Shown piece by piece: positions 38,263 to 47,380 of a stretch of 64,000 nt of DNA. Positions within the stretch are counted from its first letter, which is position 1. Every line of letters starts with the position of its first letter. Source of the DNA: a virus. The notes under the pieces were generated by a model. The model was not told the origin of the DNA. It searched no databases and saw nothing but the letters and a program-made list of their open reading frames with translations. Both the position numbers and the translations under genes were made by a program. The DNA lies in IMG/VR virus record IMGVR_UViG_3300030380_006483. The stretch is one strand, 5' to 3'.

Positions 38263-39185
38263 TGAAACACTTAGAGAACACCCCTTGGTATATTTGTAAT
38301 GAAAATGATGAGAATCTATGTGCTTATGTAGATACTGATTCAAATTATTTTAATGCAGAACCATTACTTAATCATTTGTATCCTAACTTTGAAGAATTAT
38401 CTGATGAAGAAAAAGATTTAAAATTAGAACAAATTGCTTTAAAATACCAGGATATCATTACTGATCATTATAATTTATTAGCTAAAGAATGTTTTAATGT
38501 TGATAAACATAGATTAGAAATGAAAACCGAGTGTGTTATTCGTTCAGCTTATTTTAGAGCCAATAGACGTTATGCCCAATGGATTACAAAACAAGAAGGT
38601 ATAACTAAAGAAACATTAGATGTTAAGGGTTTAGAATATAAAAAATCTAATTTTCCAAAATTATTTGGTACATTTTTTAAAAATATATTAGAAGATGTTT
38701 TAAAGGGTACTGAGCAGGATGAAATTGATACCCGTATTTTAAATTTTAAGAAAAAGATATTAACAGAAATACCTATTGAACAATTAGGTAATCCAACAGG
38801 TGTAAAAACATTAAATAAATACACCGAACGTAAACCAGTTGGGGGAGAGGCATTTACTGTTATAAAAAAAGGTGCACCCGCTGCTGTTAGAGCAACAATT
38901 AAGTATAATGATTTACTTAGATATTGGAAATTAGATAGTAAACATTCACCAATTGTTCAAGGTGATAAAGTTAAATGGATCTATTTAAAGAAAAATCCAT
39001 ACAATATTGAGGCATTAGCTTATCTTGATTTTGATATGCCTGATAAAATTAAAGAATTTTTAGATAAATTCGCAGACAAAGAAAAAGTTTTTGATACTAT
39101 ATTATTAAATAAATTAGAAGGATTTTATGATGATTTAGGTTGGAGCTTAAATACAAACCCTTATGTAAACCAATTTTTTATATGA
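38262..39185 (+). CDS. Family B DNA polymerase, C-terminal part (motif C, thumb)
   Basis: YVDTDS, RRYA, DVKGLE, GDKVKWIY. Confidence 0.9.
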   Translation: MKHLENTPWYICNENDENLCAYVDTDSNYFNAEPLLNHLYPNFEELSDEEKDLKLEQIALKYQDIITDHYNLLAKECFNVDKHRLEMKTECVIRSAYFRANRRYAQWITKQEGITKETLDVKGLEYKKSNFPKLFGTFFKNILEDVLKGTEQDEIDTRILNFKKKILTEIPIEQLGNPTGVKTLNKYTERKPVGGEAFTVIKKGAPAAVRATIKYNDLLRYWKLDSKHSPIVQGDKVKWIYLKKNPYNIEALAYLDFDMPDKIKEFLDKFADKEKVFDTILLNKLEGFYDDLGWSLNTNPYVNQFFI

Positions 39186-39904
39186 TTTATATTTTTGATA
39201 TAGATGGGACACTAACCCCCAGTAGAAACAAAATGGATAAAAATTTCCATGATTTTTTTATGGACTTTGTTAAGATCCATAGAGTATGGCTAATCTCAGG
39301 TAGTGACCATACTAAAACAATAGAACAAATAGGTGTTGACTTATGGACAAATGTAGAAAAAGCTTATCAATGTTCTGGTAATCAACTTTTTCAAAGAGGT
39401 TCTTTAATTAGAACTAGTGATTGGGAATTACCTATAGCAACTAAATGGTGTTTAGAAAAATTCTTAGAACAGTCTAAATACCCACATAGATATGGAAACC
39501 ATATCGAAACTAGACCAGGTATGGTTAATTTCTCCATTGTGGGAAGACAATGTACTCAAGAACAAAGAGAAGAATACTTTAAATGGGATAATGAACATAA
39601 AGAAAGAGTTGAATTTACTAAAGAATTAAAAGAAAGATATCTTGGTTTAGATGCTGTAGTAGGTGGTGAAATTAGTATTGACATTTATCCAAGAGGTAAA
39701 GATAAAGGACAAATCGTAGAAGAATTAGATGATAATTTTATGTTTTTTGGAGATAAATTATCACTAGGTGGCAATGATTATCCTATTAAACATGCTTCAC
39801 AACTTAAACAACTAGAAGGAAATGAATTTTTCCATGTTAGAGGTTGGAAAGACACAAGAAATATATTAACTTCCATAATACAAACAAACGCAGGAGTAGT
39901 ATGA
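39182..39904 (+). CDS. HAD-family phosphomannomutase (eukaryote-type PMM)
   Basis: FDIDGTLT, ISGSD, IETRPGMVNFSIVGR, GGEISIDI, FFGDK..GGNDY; likely ATG at 39182. Confidence 0.85.
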   Translation: MIYIFDIDGTLTPSRNKMDKNFHDFFMDFVKIHRVWLISGSDHTKTIEQIGVDLWTNVEKAYQCSGNQLFQRGSLIRTSDWELPIATKWCLEKFLEQSKYPHRYGNHIETRPGMVNFSIVGRQCTQEQREEYFKWDNEHKERVEFTKELKERYLGLDAVVGGEISIDIYPRGKDKGQIVEELDDNFMFFGDKLSLGGNDYPIKHASQLKQLEGNEFFHVRGWKDTRNILTSIIQTNAGVV

Positions 39905-40620
39905 AAAAAAGTCATATAGTAAGTAATATACAAAAATATTTTTTAGGTGGTTTATCTAAAGGAGTTATTTGGAAAATACAAAATAACCAAGCAGTTATTG
40001 AATTTACTACAGAAACAAAAGATACTGTAGGAAAATTATTTTTTAATATAGATCTAGATGAGTGTGAAATTGGTATAAATAATACTGATGCTTTATTACG
40101 TTTACTAAGTATAACAGATGAAGAGTTACAATTAGAATTAGATACCAAAGAAACAGGATTACCTACTAAATTAAGAATTCAAGATAAAAAATATGATTTA
40201 GATTATAATTTAAGTGATCCTAAGATTATTGAAAAAGTACCTAATGTACAAGAAATAGATTATGATTTTACTTTTAAACTAAATGATGAATTTATTAGTA
40301 GCTTTTTAAAAGCACACAATGCATTAGAAAAAACAAATGAATTCACTTTAAATACAGCTACTACTCCACAAGGGGAAAATGTTGTAGAACTAGTAATAGG
40401 AGAGAGAGAAAGACACGCTAATAAGATTAAATTCACTGAACCTGCTGAATTTGAAACAGCAAGTGATTTATTACCATTTTCAGCAATTGTAATTAGAGAA
40501 ATACTTTCAGCTAATAAGGGTAGTGAAGGTTCGGCATCTGTAAGTAATAAAGGATTATTAAAAATTTCATTTAATACAGATGAAAGTTTAGTAGAATATT
40601 TTGTTGTAAGACAGCAATGA
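39901..40620 (+). CDS. DNA sliding clamp (gp45/PCNA-like)
   Basis: About 240 aa, two-domain alternating pattern, ends SNKGLLKISF..EYFVV; clamp-loader genes nearby. Confidence 0.7.
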   Translation: MKKSHIVSNIQKYFLGGLSKGVIWKIQNNQAVIEFTTETKDTVGKLFFNIDLDECEIGINNTDALLRLLSITDEELQLELDTKETGLPTKLRIQDKKYDLDYNLSDPKIIEKVPNVQEIDYDFTFKLNDEFISSFLKAHNALEKTNEFTLNTATTPQGENVVELVIGERERHANKIKFTEPAEFETASDLLPFSAIVIREILSANKGSEGSASVSNKGLLKISFNTDESLVEYFVVRQQ

Positions 40621-41174
40621 TAGAAAAACGTATAAAAGTTTATGATAATTTATTTTCTAGTCAATTAGAAGATATTATTGAAAAATTATGTTTAACTCAA
40701 CTTCCTTATTATTATACCCCTAATATTGCTACTGAACAACACACTATATTATCTCCTGGTTTTTCCCATTTTTTTATTAATTCCTTATCAAAACCCCATT
40801 CTGAAAAATATACTCCCTTTTTTAATAATATATTATATACTTTATCAAATAAATTATCTATTGTAGTAGAACAAATAATAGCAGGTAGAGTATTCATGCA
40901 TTTACCTTCTCCTAATCCCGGAGCTGATACTATTCATACAGATTTAGACACTCCTCATTGGGTAGCACTTTATTATATCAATGATAGTGATGGTGATACT
41001 ATATTTTTTGATAATAATGAAAATGAAATTAAAAGAGTATCTCCTAAAAAAGGTAGAATTGCTTTTTTTGATGGCTCCATCCCACATTGTAGTTCTAGAC
41101 CTTCTAAAAGTACACGAGTTATAGTTAATTTTGATTTTAATGGTACATTTTTTGGAGAGGAAAAAAAGAATTAG
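40617..41174 (+). CDS. 2OG-Fe(II) oxygenase-like protein
   Basis: IHTD..WVALYYINDSDGDT..PKKGRIAFFDG.IPH..R. Confidence 0.78.
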   Translation: MIEKRIKVYDNLFSSQLEDIIEKLCLTQLPYYYTPNIATEQHTILSPGFSHFFINSLSKPHSEKYTPFFNNILYTLSNKLSIVVEQIIAGRVFMHLPSPNPGADTIHTDLDTPHWVALYYINDSDGDTIFFDNNENEIKRVSPKKGRIAFFDGSIPHCSSRPSKSTRVIVNFDFNGTFFGEEKKN

Positions 41175-41182
41175 TATATTTA
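41151..41182 (+). promoter_or_regulatory. Bacteroidota-type promoter for hsp20
   Basis: TTTG (41151-54)-N20-TATATTTA (41175-82), embedded in the last codons of the oxygenase. Confidence 0.7.
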
Positions 41183-41188
41183 TGATAA

Positions 41189-41250
41189 ATAACTGAGACT
41201 CTAGGGCGAGCAGTTATAGTTTTATGTTTAACCGAGTAGCTAAGGCACTC
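41189..41250 (+). ncRNA. Structured hsp20 5' leader (two hairpins)
   Basis: ATAACTG(41189-95)/CAGTTAT(41211-17) with inner CTC/GAG; GAGT-a-GC-taag-GC-ACTC (41234-50). Confidence 0.55.
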
Positions 41251-41264
41251 ACAAATTTAATGAT

Positions 41265-41678
41265 ATGAATACATTTATTTATGAACGTACACCGTTCGAC
41301 ATTTTAATTAGAAATTTTTTCCAAGACGCAAGCACATATTCTCCGCTTGCAGAAACCAAAGTTCCACATCCAGTAGATATTTACACTTCAGATAAAGGAT
41401 TATCCTTTGATATCGCTTGTACGGGAATTAGTAAAAAAGATATTGAATTAAACATTCAAGACAATCTTTTAAAAATCAATTATAATAAACCAGAAGAAGA
41501 TAAAGATGATAAAGACTATATCCATAGGGGTATTGCTAAAAGATCATTTAATCTAGGATGGAAAATTGATAATAAATTTGATTTATCTAAAGCTACAGCT
41601 AGCTATAATGATGGGTTATTATCAATTATTATACCATTCTCAAAGGGATCAGAATTAAAAACTCTGCAAATTAAGTAA
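41265..41678 (+). CDS. hsp20: Small heat-shock protein (Hsp20/alpha-crystallin)
   Basis: HPVDI, IACTGISKKDI, YIHRGIAKRSF, A.YNDGLL.I.IP, C-terminal LQI motif. Confidence 0.92.
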   Translation: MNTFIYERTPFDILIRNFFQDASTYSPLAETKVPHPVDIYTSDKGLSFDIACTGISKKDIELNIQDNLLKINYNKPEEDKDDKDYIHRGIAKRSFNLGWKIDNKFDLSKATASYNDGLLSIIIPFSKGSELKTLQIK

Positions 41679-41683
41679 AAAAA

Positions 41684-41696
41684 GTTCGCCCTAGAG
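41684..41696. repeat. Inverted repeat of the hsp20 leader, just after the stop codon
   Basis: TCGCCCTAGAG (41686-96) is the exact reverse complement of CTCTAGGGCGA (41199-209). Confidence 0.85.
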
Positions 41697-41728
41697 CTTG
41701 GTTTTTACGTGTATTTTTCGTATATTTA
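41697..41728 (+). promoter_or_regulatory. Bacteroidota-type promoter for the groES-groEL unit
   Basis: CTTG-N20-TATATTTA followed by CGG; shares TTTTCGTAyATTTACGG with the 15776 promoter. Confidence 0.7.
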
Positions 41729-41756
41729 CGGCAATAATCAGTTATAAAACACACAT

Positions 41757-42038
41757 ATGGCAAATCCAAATTTTAAAGGTAGACCTGTTGGATCAGGTAA
41801 AAATACATTTATAGAAGACCCATTATTAGGGGATTTTAAAATAGTAATTGATGAATACAGTTATAATGTATTTGATATTACTAAAAATAAAACTATAGGT
41901 TTTTATTCAACATTAGAACAATCAGTTTTAGCAATTGCTAGTAAACAAATGTTAGAAGATAGAACTTATAGTTTAACAGAATTCGCTAAAGAATTTAAAG
42001 AAACACATTTAAAACTTAAAGAAGCAATTTTAAAATAA
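41757..42038 (+). CDS. Hypothetical protein
   Basis: 93 aa; N-terminal KGRP; coupled to groES. Confidence 0.65.
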   Translation: MANPNFKGRPVGSGKNTFIEDPLLGDFKIVIDEYSYNVFDITKNKTIGFYSTLEQSVLAIASKQMLEDRTYSLTEFAKEFKETHLKLKEAILK

Positions 42039-42328
42039 TGAGTAAATTAAGACCAGTTAATGGAAACGTTATCCTTAGACCTATAGAGGAAGAGGAGCAA
42101 ATGGCGGGAAATATTATTATTCCTGACATGGGTAAAGAAAGACCCGAAATGGGAGAAATTATAGCAATTTCAAATGTTTATAATTTTAATAAAGGTGAAT
42201 ATGCACCTTCAACATTAGAAGTTGGAATGAAAGTCTTAATCCCAAAAATGGGTGCACAGGCTATAACCATTGAAGGAGAAGAATATTATATAACAGCACA
42301 AAATTCAGTGCTATCAATCGTAGAATAA
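42038..42328 (+). CDS. groES: Co-chaperonin GroES
   Basis: LRPVNGNVILRP..AGNIIIPD..GEIIAI..VGMKVL. Confidence 0.9.
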   Translation: MSKLRPVNGNVILRPIEEEEQMAGNIIIPDMGKERPEMGEIIAISNVYNFNKGEYAPSTLEVGMKVLIPKMGAQAITIEGEEYYITAQNSVLSIVE

Positions 42329-43968
42329 TGACAGAAACAAGTTTCGGAACAGATTTAAAAAATAAGCTTTTAGAGGGAGTTCAAAAGTTAAATAATAGTG
42401 TAGCGTCAACATTAGGACCTGCAGGTAGAACAGTATTAATTAAAGAAGATACTGGTGAAATTAAAGTAACTAAAGATGGTGTTACTGTAGCTAAAGCATT
42501 TAAGGAATTAGAAGATCAAACTGAATCTATAGGTGCAGAATTAGCTAAAAAAGTCTCTACTAAATGTGCTAATGAGGTAGGAGATGGTACAACAACTTCA
42601 ACAGTATTAGCTACTGCTATTTTAGAAGAGGGAATTAGACAAATTAATGATGGTTCTAATCCTGTTAATATTAAAAAAGGTATAGATGAAGCTGTCACAA
42701 CAGTAGTAAATAGACTAAAAGAAATGTCCACTGAAATTACTGAAGATACCCAAATTAAAGAAGTAGCAACTATATCAGGTAATAATGATGTTGAAATAGG
42801 TAATTTAATTTCTACTGCTTTAGATAAAGTTGGTAGAGATGGAATTGTTACTATTGAAGAATCTAAAACAGGTGAAACTTCATTAGAGATAGTTGAAGGT
42901 ATGCAATTTGATAGAGGTTTTAAATCTCCTTATTTTGTCACGGATAATAATACAATGCAAGCTGTATTAGATGATCCTTATGTATTAATTTTTGATGGAA
43001 GAATTACACAAGCATCAGAATTAATTAATGTATTAAATAAAGCAAGTGGTGAATCTAAACCTATTTTAATTGTAGCCGAAGATATTGATGGTGAGGCATT
43101 AGCAACATTAATTGTTAATAAAATGAGAGGTACTGTTAAAGCAGTAGCTGTTAAAGCACCAGAATTTGGAGACAGAAGAACTATGGCTTTAGAAGATTTA
43201 GCTACAGTTACAGGTGGACAAGTTTTATCTAAAAATAAAGGACATAAACTTGATAAAATGTCTCCTGTTCAATTTAATGAACTATTAGGTACAGCTAGAA
43301 AAGTAACAGTAGAAAAAGAAACTACTACTATTATAGACGGTAAAGGTGGAGAAGAAGCTATTACTTCTAGAGCTGAAGAAATTAAAACACAACTTGATAA
43401 TGCTAATTCTGCATTTGAAAAAGAAAAACTACAAGAAAGATTAGGTAAGCTAATTGGTGGTGTAGCAATTATTAATGTTGGTGGCAATTCAGAAATTGAA
43501 ATTAGAGAAAAAAAAGATAGAGTAGAGGACGCATTATTTGCTACTAAAGCTGCTTTAGATGAAGGTATTATAATAGGTGGAGGTACTGCTTTATTATATG
43601 CTGCAAATACTATTAATGTAATTTCTGAAAACAAAGATATAGCCATTGGTAGAAGAATTGTTAAATCAGCTATACAAGAGCCATTTTTAAAGATTTTAAA
43701 TAATGCTGGTCATGAAACAAATGATGTTAGATTTGCATCTTACGGATTAAGTAGTGCCGATCCTAATTTTTGGTTAGGATTAGATTATAAAAATCTAGAA
43801 ATGGTTAATTTTAAAGAATTAGGTATAATTGACCCTAAAAAAGTAACTAGAATTGCATTAGAAAATGCTGCCTCAATAGCGGGTACTATTCTTACTACTG
43901 AATCTGTTGTTTATGAAAAAAGAACAGATAAAGAAGAAGAACCTAACCCAATGATGGGAATGATGTAA
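42328..43968 (+). CDS. groEL: Chaperonin GroEL
   Basis: STLGPAG, TKDGVTVAK, GDGTTT, GMQFDRG, ERLGKL.GG, C-terminal MMGMM. Confidence 0.96.
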   Translation: MTETSFGTDLKNKLLEGVQKLNNSVASTLGPAGRTVLIKEDTGEIKVTKDGVTVAKAFKELEDQTESIGAELAKKVSTKCANEVGDGTTTSTVLATAILEEGIRQINDGSNPVNIKKGIDEAVTTVVNRLKEMSTEITEDTQIKEVATISGNNDVEIGNLISTALDKVGRDGIVTIEESKTGETSLEIVEGMQFDRGFKSPYFVTDNNTMQAVLDDPYVLIFDGRITQASELINVLNKASGESKPILIVAEDIDGEALATLIVNKMRGTVKAVAVKAPEFGDRRTMALEDLATVTGGQVLSKNKGHKLDKMSPVQFNELLGTARKVTVEKETTTIIDGKGGEEAITSRAEEIKTQLDNANSAFEKEKLQERLGKLIGGVAIINVGGNSEIEIREKKDRVEDALFATKAALDEGIIIGGGTALLYAANTINVISENKDIAIGRRIVKSAIQEPFLKILNNAGHETNDVRFASYGLSSADPNFWLGLDYKNLEMVNFKELGIIDPKKVTRIALENAASIAGTILTTESVVYEKRTDKEEEPNPMMGMM

Positions 43969-43986
43969 TAATATTTATCAGTAATT

Positions 43987-44898
43987 ATGAATAAATTAAT
44001 TTATGTAATATCGTTTATGCTCATAGGAATGAGTGTAAGCTGTGAGAAACAAGATTGGTTCTCACCTGAAGATGTTGACGCGATAAAGGCACAACACCAA
44101 GCTCAATTAAATGAGTTAACGTTTGCTAATAACACATTAACAACTTCAGCTGCGGATCTTACTACTCAAGTAGCGACTTTAACTACCACAGTTGAAACGT
44201 TACAAGCAGAAGTAACATCTTTGACAACATCAAACACTACATTATCTACTGAGAATACAGCGTTAACAGCTACTAATACAGCTAATACAACGACTATTGC
44301 AGGTTTAAATGATGATGTAACTGCTTTGACTGCACAAGTAGATAGTTTAACAACTAATATTGCTACTTTGGATGCACAGATTGTAACTTTAAACACTACA
44401 ATAACAAACTCTGGGGCTACTAATACAGATCTAACAGCTCAAATAACAACACTAACAACTAGTGTTACTACTTTGACTGCTCAAGTTACTACATTAGAAG
44501 CTGCGGCAGATGTTTTAGAGGCTGATATATTAGCGCTTAAAAACTTTAAATCAATTAGAGATAAATTAGATGTTATGGTTGCTGCAACTATTGCAGATAC
44601 TAACCTTAATAAAGCTATTGATTCTTTATCTATTGGTTTAACTTCTACAAGCATTACCCCATCAGTATTAAAAGGATTAGTTACTACAGAAGCTAATTGG
44701 TTATTTAATAACGCAATTACAACTGGTACTGTATCTATGACAACTTCAGCTACTACTTTTTATAACACATCTACAGATACAAATGTAGTTAATTATAAAA
44801 CACTAGTTACTGAATTGACAGCTGCATGGAATGCTGCTAAAGAACCTACTTTACTTTTATGGTTTATTGAATTCGTTAAAGAATACGAAAATCTATAA
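43987..44898 (+). CDS. Predicted lipoprotein with Thr-rich heptad coiled coil
   Basis: Signal MNKLIYVISFMLIGMSVS-C; long run of LTTQVAT-type heptads. Confidence 0.7.
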   Translation: MNKLIYVISFMLIGMSVSCEKQDWFSPEDVDAIKAQHQAQLNELTFANNTLTTSAADLTTQVATLTTTVETLQAEVTSLTTSNTTLSTENTALTATNTANTTTIAGLNDDVTALTAQVDSLTTNIATLDAQIVTLNTTITNSGATNTDLTAQITTLTTSVTTLTAQVTTLEAAADVLEADILALKNFKSIRDKLDVMVAATIADTNLNKAIDSLSIGLTSTSITPSVLKGLVTTEANWLFNNAITTGTVSMTTSATTFYNTSTDTNVVNYKTLVTELTAAWNAAKEPTLLLWFIEFVKEYENL

Positions 44899-44907
44899 AA
44901 ATATATT

Positions 44908-44940
44908 ATAGGGGGGCTTTGCTCCCCTATTTTATTTTAT
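44908..44940 (+). terminator. Rho-independent terminator
   Basis: ATAGGGGGGC-TTT-GCTCCCCTAT stem (one G-T pair) followed by TTTATTTT. Confidence 0.8.
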
Positions 44941-44948
44941 TATATTAA
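44918..44948 (+). promoter_or_regulatory. Possible promoter for the clamp-loader unit, overlapping the terminator
   Basis: TTTG (44918-21)-N19-TATATTAA (44941-48). Confidence 0.45.
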
Positions 44949-44955
44949 TGGTTAT

Positions 44956-45876
44956 ATGATTAAAGATCACACTTTATTTACTGAAAAATTTCGACCAACT
45001 AATCCTAAAGATTATATTGGAAACGAAGTATTTAAATCAAGTTTAAACCAATGGATAGAACAACAAGATATTCCACATATCTTATTGTATGGTCCCGCAG
45101 GTACAGGTAAAACTACAGCAGCTAAATTAATTATAACTAACCTAGATTGTGATTCAATTTATATCAATTGTTCAGATGAAAATGGTATAGATACAATTAG
45201 AGAAAAAGTTAAATCATTTGCTTCTGCTGCAACATTCCGCGAATTAAAAGTGGTTATAATGGATGAAGCAGATTTCTTAACGATTAACGCACAAGCAGCA
45301 TTACGTAATGTTATTGAAACATATTCTAAAACAACACGTTTTGTATTTACTTGTAATTATATTGAACGTATAATTGATCCTATACAATCTAGAACATCAG
45401 TATTTGAAGTATTACCTCCTTCTAAATTAGAAGTGGCTAAACGTTGTGCTACTATTTTAGATGCAGAAGGCTGTAACCGTGCAACTGATGATATTGTAGA
45501 AATTGTAAATAAAACTTACCCTGATATTAGAAAAACATTAAACTTATTACAATCGTGTATAGTTTATGATGTTGCAGGAACATTTTTACAATTAAATAAA
45601 GATATTGTTAATCAAAAACAATATACAGATCAAATTATTGATTTAATTAAATTAAAAGATGCTAAGGCATTTAATCAAATTAGACAAATTGTAGCTGATT
45701 CAAATATAAGAGACTACAATGAATTATATAGAGCCTTATTCGAAAACCTAGATTCATTCCACAACCCAGTGTTAGGTACAATTATTATTGCCGAATCACA
45801 ATATCAGTCTGTTATGGCTCCTGATAAAGAAATCACTTTCATGGGATGTATCGCAAATTTATTAAAAAATGGATAG
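44956..45876 (+). CDS. Clamp loader AAA+ subunit (RFC small/gp44-like)
   Basis: TEKFRP, GPAGTGKT, INCSDENGID, MDEAD, IQSR. Confidence 0.92.
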   Translation: MIKDHTLFTEKFRPTNPKDYIGNEVFKSSLNQWIEQQDIPHILLYGPAGTGKTTAAKLIITNLDCDSIYINCSDENGIDTIREKVKSFASAATFRELKVVIMDEADFLTINAQAALRNVIETYSKTTRFVFTCNYIERIIDPIQSRTSVFEVLPPSKLEVAKRCATILDAEGCNRATDDIVEIVNKTYPDIRKTLNLLQSCIVYDVAGTFLQLNKDIVNQKQYTDQIIDLIKLKDAKAFNQIRQIVADSNIRDYNELYRALFENLDSFHNPVLGTIIIAESQYQSVMAPDKEITFMGCIANLLKNG

Positions 45877-46129
45877 TACACAACAACCACAGATGAATCT
45901 AGATTTATCTAAAACAACCCCTATTGATACACCTTCAGGTGGAAAAATATGGCACACAGGGATGGTACTTAGAAAAGTATCTAAGTTCATAACTGGAACT
46001 CAAGAAGATGCTATTGTACCAATTACAATATTTTATGATCCTGAAACTAATGAAATATTAGAAGATACTTTACCTCAAGATTTAAGAGAAGAGTATGCAG
46101 GCACAAAATATAGAAAGATGCAAGATTAA
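45869..46129 (+). CDS. Hypothetical protein
   Basis: 86 aa, coupled to neighbours. Confidence 0.65.
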   Translation: MDSTQQPQMNLDLSKTTPIDTPSGGKIWHTGMVLRKVSKFITGTQEDAIVPITIFYDPETNEILEDTLPQDLREEYAGTKYRKMQD

Positions 46130-46536
46130 TGACAATATTTGATTGGCTTAATGAAATAAGTTATAATAAAAGACCATGGTCTTCATTTAATAATGAGGAT
46201 CGTGAATCTTTTAATTCATATATGATCAATCGATTTATATCAATGAAAAAGGATTATATTGATTTTGTTAATACAATTCAAAAATATCCTATTAATAAAG
46301 AAACACTTTATAATTTTTATTGTAAAATAGTACCAAAAAGAAAAACATTTTTTAGATATATTAAACCTAAAAAAAGTACTTTAAATTCAAATTTAATTAC
46401 TATTTTAGCTAAACATTTTGAATTAAGTGAAAGAGAGATAAAGGATAATTATCAATTAATAGGAAAAGACTTATCAAAAATTATACTTCAAAATATAGGT
46501 ATAGATGATAAACAAATTAAAAAATTATTAAAATGA
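46129..46536 (+). CDS. Clamp loader small subunit (gp62-like)
   Basis: FDWLNEI..FNSYMINRFIS..FFRYIK; position after the gp44-like gene. Confidence 0.7.
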   Translation: MTIFDWLNEISYNKRPWSSFNNEDRESFNSYMINRFISMKKDYIDFVNTIQKYPINKETLYNFYCKIVPKRKTFFRYIKPKKSTLNSNLITILAKHFELSEREIKDNYQLIGKDLSKIILQNIGIDDKQIKKLLK

Positions 46537-46754
46537 AACAAGAACTTTACGAAATGCTAAAAGCAGAAGCTATAGCAGATAAAAATAAAGCTTTATTAAG
46601 CTTAAATCTACTTACTAATCACCCCGCTGGAATTGGAGATCATTCTACAAAAGACTATTGGGATAATGCTACAGAATCACTTAAATTATTGGCTTCAGCA
46701 GAAGAAAGATTAGAAACGTTAGAAAAATATTTCGATACTAAGGAAATTATATAG
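46533..46754 (+). CDS. Hypothetical protein
   Basis: 73 aa; HPAGIGDHS motif. Confidence 0.65.
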   Translation: MKQELYEMLKAEAIADKNKALLSLNLLTNHPAGIGDHSTKDYWDNATESLKLLASAEERLETLEKYFDTKEII

Positions 46755-47380
46755 TGAAAGAAATTTACAGGGATTTTATTGGTATTTATGAAAATGCTTT
46801 TTCAAAAGAATATTGTCAATATTTAATAAATCTTGGTAAAAAAAACATATCAAATGCAAAAAGTAGAGCTAAGTCTCCTGACAATTTACCTCTTTTAATT
46901 TTTGATGATTTATCTTTTAATCTATCAGAGTATATTGATCAAAATACTAAAGAACATTTTTATAATACAGTTTCAAATCTTATAAAAACTTATATAGAAA
47001 AATATAAATGTCTTGAATATATTACTAGTTCGGGATATAATATAACAGATTTCAAATATCAAATAACTAAACCATCACAAGGATATCATACTTGGCATTG
47101 TGAATATGATGCTTCAATCCCTAAAACGAATTTAAGATGGGGTGTATGGACTTTTTATTTAAATGATGTTGAAGAAGGGGGTGAAACTGAATTTTTATAT
47201 CAAAGTTATAGATTAAAACCTAAAACTGGAACTTTTAGTATATTTCCTGCATATTATACCCACACACATAGAGGAAACCCCCCTATATCTAATACTAAAC
47301 ATATTATAACCGGGTGGATTGAATACCCACCAGAATTTGTTAATAAAAATGAAAAAAATGACAGCAAAAGAAATACTTAA
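46754..47380 (+). CDS. 2OG-Fe(II) oxygenase
   Basis: YQITKP.QGYHTWHCE..FYLNDVEEGGETEF..FPAYYTHTHRG..K.IITGW; GTG start overlapping TAG. Confidence 0.88.
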   Translation: MKEIYRDFIGIYENAFSKEYCQYLINLGKKNISNAKSRAKSPDNLPLLIFDDLSFNLSEYIDQNTKEHFYNTVSNLIKTYIEKYKCLEYITSSGYNITDFKYQITKPSQGYHTWHCEYDASIPKTNLRWGVWTFYLNDVEEGGETEFLYQSYRLKPKTGTFSIFPAYYTHTHRGNPPISNTKHIITGWIEYPPEFVNKNEKNDSKRNT

